The notes: generated by a model from the sequence alone, not told the origin. Shown: positions 8,149 through 16,868, numbered from the stretch's first letter. The stretch is 19,334 bases of DNA from Bacteriovoracaceae bacterium (GCA_049599895.1 JBMYPC010000055.1:1-19334), one strand, 5' to 3'. Program-made: numbers and translations.

Positions 8149-8853
8149 TTGATTGTCCAAAAGAAAAAAACCATTGTCTTTTTAAATACGATACTGACTA
8201 TTTTAGTCGGAATCACATTTGATTATTTTTGTTTTGTGACCTCCAAAGGAGAAGACCTACTTCAGCTCAAGCAATTCGAAGCTTATCTCGGTACAAGTCA
8301 TTGGCTAGTTGGGATTGCGGTTCTTTGTATCTTTTTAATCTTAAGACTCAAGAAATTTTCGATCTATCTTTATTTAATATTTTTTATGATTCTTTGTACG
8401 AGAGGCGGAATGAGCTTTGCTGCAAATGAAAATAAGCTGATTCTCATTGCAACCTTTTTAACCTTTAGTTTTGCTTATCTCGTGGGACTTACTTTCTGGA
8501 GAGAGTTTTCAGAAGCTCCCTATGTGACAAACTACGATAAGTCATACCTTGACCTTAGGTTTTGTCCCTATGTTGAAATTAAGCTCCTGGATGCTCCAGG
8601 TGTTCTTGGCGCGAGAATGTCAAAGGTTTCTGATAATGGGCTTTGCCTGATTATGGATAAGGCCTTAAAGCTGACAGGAAAGCAAAGGCTACAGGCCATT
8701 TTTAACGGAAGAAAGTTTGAGTTTTCTGGCCAAGTGATGACACAGGCTGATGAGGTCTTGGGTCTTAAGCTAAACTTGAGTGATAAAGATGGACTCAAAA
8801 GTTGGAATCTATTGTATAATATTCTAAGAGATAGAGGGTATTACATAATATGA
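8149..8853 (+). CDS. Four-TM membrane protein with a C-terminal degenerate PilZ-like domain
   Basis: Four hydrophobic segments, then KVSDNGLCL (D/NxSxxG-like), FEFSGQVM and LGLKL strands; no RxxxR motif; start codon uncertain. Confidence 0.55.
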   Translation: MIVQKKKTIVFLNTILTILVGITFDYFCFVTSKGEDLLQLKQFEAYLGTSHWLVGIAVLCIFLILRLKKFSIYLYLIFFMILCTRGGMSFAANENKLILIATFLTFSFAYLVGLTFWREFSEAPYVTNYDKSYLDLRFCPYVEIKLLDAPGVLGARMSKVSDNGLCLIMDKALKLTGKQRLQAIFNGRKFEFSGQVMTQADEVLGLKLNLSDKDGLKSWNLLYNILRDRGYYII

Positions 8854-9422
8854 TTTCAAAAATTTTTAAATTTACTTCAATTCTTTCACTCCTTCTTTTT
8901 GTTGCCTGTGACGAAGTTAGCTCACCTGAGGCAGCACTAAGAAAGTTTATCAAAGTTCGTTTTGACCCAGGCAGTGATAAGAAAGATTTTCTCGACATTA
9001 CAGTAGGGGATTTGCGAAAAGAAATTGAATCAATGTCAAAAGAAGAGTTTAAGATGTTTCGAAGCTCTATGAATGGAGTTAAGAAACACAAAGTTGACGT
9101 TGTTCACTCGACTTGTCAGTCAAAAACATGTCACTTCACTTATGTTATCAGTTTAAACTTTTTAAAGTATGCAAAAGACTCTGGTGTCCAAAAGCGAGAC
9201 TTTCGAATGGATGTTAAGAAAGTTGCCATTCTTGAGAAAGTTTCTGATAAGCTTTGGCAGGTTTCAGATGTTGTCTCTGAATCAAAAACTTTCGTTAAGG
9301 GTTTTGATCCCATCACTCCTGATGAATTTGAGAAAAAGTTTGGCGTTTCATTGGACAAAATTAAAGCTGATCATACTGGTCGGCCACTTCGGGATGAAAG
9401 CGGCGATATCAAACAAAAATAA
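8850..9422 (+). CDS. Hypothetical lipoprotein (possibly NTF2-like)
   Basis: Lipobox FVAC (Cys20), SPEAALRKF helix and a C-terminal WQVSDV strand; ATGA overlap with the upstream gene. Confidence 0.7.
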   Translation: MISKIFKFTSILSLLLFVACDEVSSPEAALRKFIKVRFDPGSDKKDFLDITVGDLRKEIESMSKEEFKMFRSSMNGVKKHKVDVVHSTCQSKTCHFTYVISLNFLKYAKDSGVQKRDFRMDVKKVAILEKVSDKLWQVSDVVSESKTFVKGFDPITPDEFEKKFGVSLDKIKADHTGRPLRDESGDIKQK

Positions 9423-9432
9423 TCAAGCTCTT

Positions 9433-9460
9433 TAAACCTTTTTGCCTCCATAGACGATAA
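9433..9460 (+). promoter_or_regulatory. Putative sigma28 (FliA) promoter
   Basis: TAAA-N16-GACGATAA (7/8 match to GCCGATAA), 8 nt before ATG 9469. Confidence 0.55.
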
Positions 9461-9468
9461 GATTGGTG

Positions 9469-9792
9469 ATGGAAACTCACTTTATTCAACGTCTCGTTGA
9501 TGAAACATTTGATCTCAATGAAAAGAAAGGCTCAAAGCTTGTGAAGTTTGAGTATGTTGAGAAGTGGAATGGAGTTTATTGTGAGGGCCTCAAGTGGTTT
9601 ATTCCTCTTACTGAAGAAGAGTCTACGAGACTTGTCACAGATTATCTCTATTTAGATGAGCTCAAATTTTATTCAAGTATCATTGCTGAAGAACTGAACC
9701 TGTCTTTTCATGAGCGCATTATCATGCACTTGAAAGAAGGAAAGCTTTCAGTCCTTAAACAAAAATCTAAAAATTTAAAATCGGCTGCTTAG
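9469..9792 (+). CDS. Hypothetical cytoplasmic protein ending in KSAA
   Basis: Open frame filling the gap between genes and converging on the nfo-like gene; candidate starts TTG 9463, GTG 9466, ATG 9469. Confidence 0.7.
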   Translation: METHFIQRLVDETFDLNEKKGSKLVKFEYVEKWNGVYCEGLKWFIPLTEEESTRLVTDYLYLDELKFYSSIIAEELNLSFHERIIMHLKEGKLSVLKQKSKNLKSAA

Positions 9793-10625
9793 ATTGCTTC
9801 GTAGAATTCTTTAAGCATTAGAGCGTCTTTTTCAAGACTAGGACTGTTACAGATAACGTATCCAGAACAATCTCTTTGCTTTAGAACTCTAATAAGGTCA
9901 CGCCAGTTGAACTTGCTGTTTTCAAGATCAAGGTGCTTTAAATCACCTTTTGAAGTTGAGCTAATTCCGCTGATGTGAATGTGCATATTTTTAAGAGTTT
10001 TTTCACCAAGCTCTTCTGCTAATTCATCGAGAACTTCGTGGAATTCAGCTTCTGTATTGTATTTCCCTGTTCTCGCGAAAAGGTGAGAGAAGTCCATACA
10101 AGGAGCACATGAAGAAACGGCTTTTGTTAATGAGATAAGTTCTTGAAGAGAACCAAACTGACTTGTTTTTCCAGTTAGCTCTGGTCTGAGCTCAATTTCA
10201 ATATCAAGTCTTCCCAGACGCTCTTCAATGACATTTAAACTTTTTTCAACAAGCTCAAAGACGTCAAATGGAGAGTCTTTCATATAAAACGCAGCGTGAA
10301 AGGTCATAGACTCAGCACCACAAAGATCAGAGATCTTAGCAGTTTGAATAATTCTCTCAACAGAAGAATCAATCTTGTCCTGCTCTCTAGCGTTAAGGTT
10401 AATGTAGTATGGACCGTGAGAAGTTAAAGGAATTCCAAGCTCGTAGCTTACCTTTCTGAGGCCAGAAGAGACTTCTTCTTTCATTCGAACACCGTGAGCA
10501 AATTCTAATTGCATGCAATCAAGATTTAACTCATGTATTCTTTTAACGCCTTCGATTGGATTGTTTTTCTTAGTCGTAGAAAGCGGTACACCGGCTGTAC
10601 CAAAAAGCAGCTTATTAAAATGCAT
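9789..10625 (-). CDS. Endonuclease IV-like TIM-barrel protein (AP endonuclease family 2, archaeal-type), with Asn at the catalytic Glu position
   Basis: FGTAGVP, SHGPYYINL, FHAAFY, RPELTGK.SQFGS, MDFSHLFAR, HIHISG, GDLKH, ICNSP; GGGAGAAGG RBS. Confidence 0.85.
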   Translation of the reverse strand: MHFNKLLFGTAGVPLSTTKKNNPIEGVKRIHELNLDCMQLEFAHGVRMKEEVSSGLRKVSYELGIPLTSHGPYYINLNAREQDKIDSSVERIIQTAKISDLCGAESMTFHAAFYMKDSPFDVFELVEKSLNVIEERLGRLDIEIELRPELTGKTSQFGSLQELISLTKAVSSCAPCMDFSHLFARTGKYNTEAEFHEVLDELAEELGEKTLKNMHIHISGISSTSKGDLKHLDLENSKFNWRDLIRVLKQRDCSGYVICNSPSLEKDALMLKEFYEAI

Positions 10626-10860
10626 AATTCCCTTCTCCCAAAGAACCCTGAACGATAGTGAATAGGGGGTGTATCACGAAAAGGCATCGCAGCATAGTCG
10701 CAAGGCAGAACCCCATATTTCCCAATTTTTTGACCTTTGTTCCTAACGCAGATCACCCTAGTGAATGTTTTTTAGCTCTAATCCGGATTTTTGTCTATAA
10801 TCAACTTAAATGCTTGTAATATTTATTATGCTAATAAACCTCTAACTCAATAATTTTGCG

Positions 10861-11538
10861 ATGATAAAGAAATTCATGGGACTAATGTTCCTCTATTTTT
10901 CGAATCTTTTCTTCTATTGCATGCCCGTTTTGCTGCTTGGAAGCTTTCAGTCTGCTACGACTTTTGCCGTAATCATGGGCTTTTTGTTAATGATAATGGC
11001 CTTATTTTCAGATTATTTGATTCTTTTTTTCCTTCTTCCTAAGCGTGGGCGCTTTAAAATCAAAGAAGCTTATCTCCAGAGCTTGTGTCGGTATCATGGA
11101 ATCTCGAATTTTAGGATGTTTCTTCTTGATCGTGATAAGCCGGTTCTTCTCAAGAGCCTTGGCGGGAAGATGCGGGTTTGTTTTAGCAGAAAGAGTTTAG
11201 ATAATGTCGTAGACGAATTTGAATATATTGATAGCTCAATTAAAAAGATCCTTAAGATTGAACATCCGTTTCTCAGTCAGGGAATTTTTGTTTATTTTCT
11301 CTGCTTATTACTTCCTTTTATGTTTCTTGGAAAATTAGAAAAAAACTTTGGGAGCTTTTTTACTGTTTTTAAATTAACTTACGGCTGGCTAGTGTTTCCA
11401 ATCCAAATGTTGATCTATCACCTTTATGTGATTAAAGAAGAAGCTTTAAATGACCAAGAGTCTTTTGAGGTGTTTGATCTCTTTTTCATTGGAGATCATG
11501 GTTTTGGAGTGCAAAACTACAGGACACAGCAGGCGTGA
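10861..11538 (+). CDS. Membrane protein with a weak HtpX/M48-like layout and no HExxH
   Basis: Two N-terminal TMs, FSDYLILFFL, LCRYHGISNFRMFLLD, RVCFSRKSLD, then two more TMs; GTGA overlap with the kinase. Confidence 0.5.
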   Translation: MIKKFMGLMFLYFSNLFFYCMPVLLLGSFQSATTFAVIMGFLLMIMALFSDYLILFFLLPKRGRFKIKEAYLQSLCRYHGISNFRMFLLDRDKPVLLKSLGGKMRVCFSRKSLDNVVDEFEYIDSSIKKILKIEHPFLSQGIFVYFLCLLLPFMFLGKLEKNFGSFFTVFKLTYGWLVFPIQMLIYHLYVIKEEALNDQESFEVFDLFFIGDHGFGVQNYRTQQA

Positions 11539-13493
11539 GTGAAGAAGAGAAAAAAACGGGGTCTCTTTCACGGCTATCAGGCTTAAAAAGATGGTTTCGT
11601 TTTCCAGAGTCCACAAATTATTATCCTCTCATATTTACAATTATCTTCGTTGTTATTCTCTTTCAGTATTCTTTCGCGGGCTTTGAGGCCATCTTTTATG
11701 ATTTTAGGGTTAAGTATGACTTAGGGATAAGTGATGATAACGATATCGTCGTTGTTTATATCGATGAAGAAAGTGATGAGTTTTTAGGTGAGAAGTATCC
11801 TTACAATTATCTAAGTCATTACAAGATGCTTGAGCGTTTAATTGGGGATAAACCAAAGATCATTAATTTCCTCGACAATCTGCGAGAGCCAGATGATCAA
11901 AATGAAGAAAGAACACTCTTTCAAATTCGAGACTTAATCCAAGAATATGTTCGAGAAGGAGGGCATTTTCGTTTTTCTTCTGCTTATTTTGAGGACTGGG
12001 GGAAGGTACAGCCGCCTCTAGACCTTCGATCAATTGGTTATTCTTTTGTGCATCCTTTAATTGATAGTTTTGTTTTTTCTAAAGATGAATTAATAAGAAG
12101 GACTCTTCTCAGTTTTGAGGGGGAAGAATCGTTAGAGCTTTGGACGGCCAATACTTGGAGAAGAACCAAAGGACTTGCACCTTTAACGTTAAAATCAATC
12201 AATGGCAGTCAGTATGACAAAAAAGCTGATATGACTTACGTATTGTTTCGTTATCCTTTTAATCCAACTGAGCAGGCTGATAAAGTTCGGAGTATTCCCT
12301 TTCATAGAGTTCGTGTCGGTAATTTTCCGAAAGGTTTTTTCAAAGATAAGATCGTCCTTGTCGGATCGAAGTATATTTCTAATAGTTCGGATTATTTTTC
12401 GACACCTTTTAACAAGGGAAGCGATACGGAGGGAATCTCGGGAAGAGAAAAAGATCGAAAGATTGCACCTTTTTTAAATATTCAAGCGGCAACTATTCAG
12501 GCCCTTATAAAAAACAAAACGGTCACACCAATTTCAAGAAATGTTTCTCATGTGATCTGTATTTTTATTTCGTTATTTCTTTCTGTGACGATTTCAAGAA
12601 TTAAGCCTTCGGATGGGCTCTTAATCACTCTTCTTTTAATGGTCTTTATCATTCTTGGATCATATTTAATTTTTGTGACAGGAGGCTATTGGCTTTATAT
12701 CTCTCACATCATTATTACAATTTTTGTGGTCTATTATATTTGGGTCCCTTTTCGAGCGATTGGAGAGTATCAAAGACGATATGCGATCCAGGAAGAAACC
12801 AAACTTCTGAAAAAAGTAGAGAATTTAAAACAAAACTTTATTTCTCTTATGAGTCATGATCTGAAGACTCCTGTCGCAAAGATCGCAGGGCTTGCAGACA
12901 TCATGAAGCAAAAATCAACAGATCCTGAACAATTAAAAAACTTCACTTCGATTATCGATTCCACTAAAGAGTTAAATGGGTTTATTACTTCAATTCTCGA
13001 TCTCACAAAAATCGAATCGAGAAATCTCGATCTTAATTTTGTCTCTCGTGACATCAATAAAGTGATTGAAGCAATTGTTAAAGGTTTAGCCTATCAAGCC
13101 AATCAAAAAAATATTGAAGTTGTGCAGGACCTAGGGCCTTTGTATCCGATTCAAGTTGACCCCACACTTATTAACAGAGTCATCTCAAACCTTGTGGAAA
13201 ACGCGATAAAATATTCTGGAGAAAACACTCGTGTGGAAGTGAAAACCTGGGATGACGAGAACTGGGTTTATCTGACAGTGTCGGACAATGGCGCTGGAAT
13301 TCCTGAAACAGAGCTTGAATATATTTTTGAGAAATTTTATCGAGTTAAAAATGACGCTAGTCACTCAATCAAAGGGACCGGTTTAGGCCTTTATTTGGTT
13401 AAATATTTCATAGAACTGCACGGAGGAGAGATTTCTGTGGAGTCAGAATTGGGCAAGGGGACCAGTTTTCTGGTAAAATTGAAAAACGAATAG
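11535..13493 (+). CDS. CHASE2-domain sensor histidine kinase
   Basis: FYDFRVK, DIVVVYIDEES, FKDKIVLVGS, DYFSTPF (CHASE2), three TMs, H-box MSHDLKTP, N-box NLVENAIKYS, DNGAGI, FEKFYRV, GTGLGL. Confidence 0.93.
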   Translation: MSEEEKKTGSLSRLSGLKRWFRFPESTNYYPLIFTIIFVVILFQYSFAGFEAIFYDFRVKYDLGISDDNDIVVVYIDEESDEFLGEKYPYNYLSHYKMLERLIGDKPKIINFLDNLREPDDQNEERTLFQIRDLIQEYVREGGHFRFSSAYFEDWGKVQPPLDLRSIGYSFVHPLIDSFVFSKDELIRRTLLSFEGEESLELWTANTWRRTKGLAPLTLKSINGSQYDKKADMTYVLFRYPFNPTEQADKVRSIPFHRVRVGNFPKGFFKDKIVLVGSKYISNSSDYFSTPFNKGSDTEGISGREKDRKIAPFLNIQAATIQALIKNKTVTPISRNVSHVICIFISLFLSVTISRIKPSDGLLITLLLMVFIILGSYLIFVTGGYWLYISHIIITIFVVYYIWVPFRAIGEYQRRYAIQEETKLLKKVENLKQNFISLMSHDLKTPVAKIAGLADIMKQKSTDPEQLKNFTSIIDSTKELNGFITSILDLTKIESRNLDLNFVSRDINKVIEAIVKGLAYQANQKNIEVVQDLGPLYPIQVDPTLINRVISNLVENAIKYSGENTRVEVKTWDDENWVYLTVSDNGAGIPETELEYIFEKFYRVKNDASHSIKGTGLGLYLVKYFIELHGGEISVESELGKGTSFLVKLKNE

Positions 13494-13545
13494 CGGTTCA
13501 TTGAAGCGAACTGCTCGGGTTTAAAGATAAAAGAGAGCAATCAGA

Positions 13546-15039
13546 ATGCATAAAGTATTAGTTGTTGATGATGACAAAGTTTTACAGGATTCAGTTAAGC
13601 AAGCGCTTGAGTATCACAACTTCTTAGTTGAGACTGCGGATAACGGAAAAGAGGCCTTATCAAAAGTTTATAAAACAAAATATGACCTCGTGGTGATGGA
13701 TGTGAACATGCCAGAGATGGATGGAATCACGGCCCTTGGCGAAATCAAAAAGTATGACCCTTCCATTATCGTCTTAATCCTTACAGCCTATTCAAATGTC
13801 TCAGACGCGGTTAAGGTTGTAAAAGAAGGCGCTTATAACTATCTTGAAAAGCCAATCACTTCAGATAATCTTGTCGCTCTTATTAAAAGAGCTCTAAAAG
13901 CAAGACTTCTTGTTGAAACGACAGCTTTTTCAGCTCCGGTTCTCTCCCTTGGAAACAATACTGAAGATCAGTTCGTTGGTGAATCTGATGAGATGAAAAA
14001 AGTTTTTAACGTCATCTCAAAGCTTGCTCAGGTGAATACTCCGGTTCTCATTCGAGGAGAGTCGGGAACAGGTAAAGAGCTTGTTGCAAAAGCGATTCAT
14101 TATAATGGCCCTCGAAAAGATGAAAGGTTTGTCACTATTAACCTTGCAGCGATTCCTGATAATCTCATTGAGTCTGAGCTTTTCGGACATGAGAAAGGTG
14201 CTTTTACAGGAGCGACTGAAAGAAAGCTTGGTAAATTTCAATATGCTGATGGTGGAACAATCTTTCTTGATGAAATTGGCGACATTAGCTCACAAATGCA
14301 AGTAAAGCTTTTAAGAGTTCTTCAGGAAAAAGTCTTTACTCCTGTGGGCTCCAATCGAGATGTAAAAATTGATGTGAGAATTATTGCAGCCTCTCATAAG
14401 CCTTTTGAAAAAATGATTGAATCAGGGGATTTTAGAGAAGATTTATTTTACAGATTAAACGTTCTTCCTGTTTATCTTCCACCACTTCGTGAGAGAAAAT
14501 CAGATATTCCTCATCTTGTGGAATATTACGTAAATTATTTTAATAATTTTCATGGCCTTAATATCAAGGGAACTACTGACGGAGCAAAAGATCTTCTTGT
14601 TAATTATGGATGGCCTGGAAACATTCGAGAGCTTCGAAATGTGATTGAGCATGCTTTTATTATCGAATCAACTGACAGTATTCAATCTTCATCTCTTCCA
14701 GACAGTGTTAAAAAGGGAGCCAAGACCGATAATAAGAGTTTTGAGCGAGAAGATAATCCAATTAATATCTCAGATATTAAAGACTCTGTTCTTGATGAAA
14801 CAAGAACCCTAGGTAGTACAGAAGATTATCAGTTTACCTTTGCGACTAAGACTGAAGATGATGGAGTTAAGCTTGATTTTCAATTGGCGAAAGATCTCTT
14901 TGAAAAAGAGTTTATTATTCAGGCCCTTAAGCTTAACAAGGGAAAGATCAATCAGACGGCATTAAAGGCAAATATTCCCAAAAAGACTCTGCTTCGAAAA
15001 ATTGAAAAGTATGAGATCAATCCAAAATCTTATTACTAG
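13546..15039 (+). CDS. Sigma54-dependent response regulator (NtrC family: REC-AAA+-HTH)
   Basis: VLVVDDD, MDVNMPEMDG, Walker A GESGTGKE, ESELFGHEKGAFTGA, FLDEIG, FREDLFYRLNV, WPGNIRELRN, C-terminal Fis-type HTH. Confidence 0.96.
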   Translation: MHKVLVVDDDKVLQDSVKQALEYHNFLVETADNGKEALSKVYKTKYDLVVMDVNMPEMDGITALGEIKKYDPSIIVLILTAYSNVSDAVKVVKEGAYNYLEKPITSDNLVALIKRALKARLLVETTAFSAPVLSLGNNTEDQFVGESDEMKKVFNVISKLAQVNTPVLIRGESGTGKELVAKAIHYNGPRKDERFVTINLAAIPDNLIESELFGHEKGAFTGATERKLGKFQYADGGTIFLDEIGDISSQMQVKLLRVLQEKVFTPVGSNRDVKIDVRIIAASHKPFEKMIESGDFREDLFYRLNVLPVYLPPLRERKSDIPHLVEYYVNYFNNFHGLNIKGTTDGAKDLLVNYGWPGNIRELRNVIEHAFIIESTDSIQSSSLPDSVKKGAKTDNKSFEREDNPINISDIKDSVLDETRTLGSTEDYQFTFATKTEDDGVKLDFQLAKDLFEKEFIIQALKLNKGKINQTALKANIPKKTLLRKIEKYEINPKSYY

Positions 15040-15047
15040 GCTGAAAA

Positions 15048-15581
15048 ATGAATAGAATCTATCGTTGTCTTGTGATGATCTTTTTTATGATTATTGCCGA
15101 TCAGGTGACCAAGGGATATTTCCAACAAAACTTCCAACTCGGTGAAAGTGTCGCGGTCATTGATGGATTTTTTAATTTTACGTATGTGCAAAATAAAGGT
15201 GCGGCTTTTGGAATGGGGGCGGGCGCCAACGATACGTTACGAATGGTGATTTTTAAAATTATCCCTGTGTTTGTCTGTTTCTATCTTTTCTATCTCATGT
15301 TCATCTACCGAAATCGAGAAGAGAAGAAGATTATGGTTTGGGGGTATGCACTTGTTCTCGCAGGCGCGGTTGGAAACCTTATTGATCGAATCTCATTAGA
15401 CTACGTAGTAGACTTTCTCGATTTTTATTATAAATCCCATCACTATCCCGCATTTAATATTGCCGATAGTTGTATCACGGTTGCTATTGGTATTCTTATT
15501 GTTGAAACCTATAGGGAAGAGAAGCGAGAGAAGCTTGAAAAAGAAAAGCAAGCTTTGGCATCCTCATCAGATAAGGCTTAG
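15048..15581 (+). CDS. lspA: Lipoprotein signal peptidase II
   Basis: ADQVTK, NKGAAFG, GAVGNLIDR, VVDFLD, PAFNIADSCI. Confidence 0.96.
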   Translation: MNRIYRCLVMIFFMIIADQVTKGYFQQNFQLGESVAVIDGFFNFTYVQNKGAAFGMGAGANDTLRMVIFKIIPVFVCFYLFYLMFIYRNREEKKIMVWGYALVLAGAVGNLIDRISLDYVVDFLDFYYKSHHYPAFNIADSCITVAIGILIVETYREEKREKLEKEKQALASSSDKA

Positions 15582-15666
15582 GATAATTGTTCCGGCTCAG
15601 AAGCTTGAGAGCTAAAGAATGGTAATATAAAAGTGTGAACATTCTTGTGTTGGGAGCACTTATTCT

Positions 15667-15990
15667 ATGAAGCACGTCATTCTTGTCTTACTTTTAATTC
15701 CACTTGCGCTCTATTCAAAAAATACGAAAAAAGCTAAACGGGCGCCTAATACTACGACGGTAAGCGCTGGGACAAGTGCCGTTTATTGTGCCATTTCAAA
15801 CTCTTTTTCCAATGCAGTCGCAAAACTCAATAGAGAGTTGAACGATTCCCAGAGAAATGTCGGAGTTGTTAGAGGCAATGGTCAAGAATCTCTTAATTTT
15901 GCTCCAGGCTCTTTTTTAGTTTCTGCCCCCTCATTTCACGTAGAGAGATCGAATTATATTCATGCCTGTGTAACTCTTACTGCTCATTAA
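15667..15990 (+). CDS. Small exported hypothetical protein with two Cys
   Basis: Hydrophobic N-terminus MKHVILVLLLIPLALYS, GGGAG RBS, Cys in YCA and ACVT. Confidence 0.65.
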   Translation: MKHVILVLLLIPLALYSKNTKKAKRAPNTTTVSAGTSAVYCAISNSFSNAVAKLNRELNDSQRNVGVVRGNGQESLNFAPGSFLVSAPSFHVERSNYIHACVTLTAH

Positions 15991-16822
15991 AAGAATTGAT
16001 GAGTCGTAGGCTTGATGTTCTAAGGCACATCAAGCCCATTTCAAAAAAGTCTTTGTAGATGTATTTAGAGCCCCATGCTCCATCTTCAATAATAGCAGCT
16101 GTTGCATTGTCATTGAATTCTGCAACGTAGCCTACAATCTGACCATCTTTAGTAATCTCATAAATTTTGTAGAGCTCCATATGAGGATGAGATTCATTGA
16201 ATTGTCCCAGATAGTAAGCTCTTTCCTCTTCGTCAAGTTCACTAACGATTTCTTCAAAGTGAACTTTAGATATCTCATTGATGTCGTCATAGAGTCTTTT
16301 TGCTTCCACAGGAAGAAGATCTGGGGAGTCAATATTAACCACTTTTGCTTTAAAGCTAGCTGGAAGATCGTCTGGTTCTAAGCTTCCATATCCGTCAGCT
16401 TCACGAGCTATCATTTTCATGACTTCTGCTGCTTGAGAGCCAGAAAGCTTTCCACCAGGGTTTGAGAAGCCTTCGCAAGGGCTAAAAACCTTCGATGCAC
16501 GCTCGTCAGCTTTTTTTACAGAAACCTTAAGAAGGTTAACTTGATCAGGGCTAGAAATGTTCTCACTATAAGAGTAGTAAAACTTATAGCTTAGTGATTG
16601 GATTGATTCATCACTTTTCAATGAAATATAAAAACCTTTGATTTGTTTTTCGTTGGCCTTGTGAACATATCTATTGAGCTTGAATGAGGCATGCTTTTTA
16701 AATGCTTTAAGACTCCAAAAGAGGTTTGGGTATTCTCTTTGTGAATGATCAAACGCAAGGCGAATACTGTCTTCAACAATTTTAGGCGTATCAAACGCAT
16801 TTGAGGCCTTGATCTTGGTCAT
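15977..16822 (-). CDS. Hypothetical protein, possibly damaged at both ends
   Basis: 281-aa ORF; the frame stays open upstream of the ATG to about 16918 with no start codon; the 3' end runs through a hairpin and into the convergent gene. Confidence 0.55.
   Translation of the reverse strand: MTKIKASNAFDTPKIVEDSIRLAFDHSQREYPNLFWSLKAFKKHASFKLNRYVHKANEKQIKGFYISLKSDESIQSLSYKFYYSYSENISSPDQVNLLKVSVKKADERASKVFSPCEGFSNPGGKLSGSQAAEVMKMIAREADGYGSLEPDDLPASFKAKVVNIDSPDLLPVEAKRLYDDINEISKVHFEEIVSELDEEERAYYLGQFNESHPHMELYKIYEITKDGQIVGYVAEFNDNATAAIIEDGAWGSKYIYKDFFEMGLMCLRTSSLRLINSFNEQ
16009..16036. repeat. Perfect 10-bp stem-loop (terminator- or REP-like) downstream of the 15667-15990 gene
   Basis: GGCTTGATGT-TCTAAGGC-ACATCAAGCC; no clear U-tract on either strand. 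Confidence 0.5.
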
Positions 16823-16868
16823 TCTATTTCCTGTTAAATAATCAACTTTAGTTGTCCCTCTGTTAACC

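Noticed and set aside
10699..10715. GG-N10-GC spacing upstream of the nfo-like gene
   Set aside because: The -24 box (GGGGTT) is a poor match to TGGCAC
10526..10756. 76-aa minus-strand ORF overlapping the nfo-like start (possible leader peptide)
   Set aside because: No RBS, no recognisable features, long out-of-frame overlap
12854..14305. Short alternative-frame or antisense ORFs inside the kinase and regulator
   Set aside because: Fully nested in well-supported genes; no independent evidence
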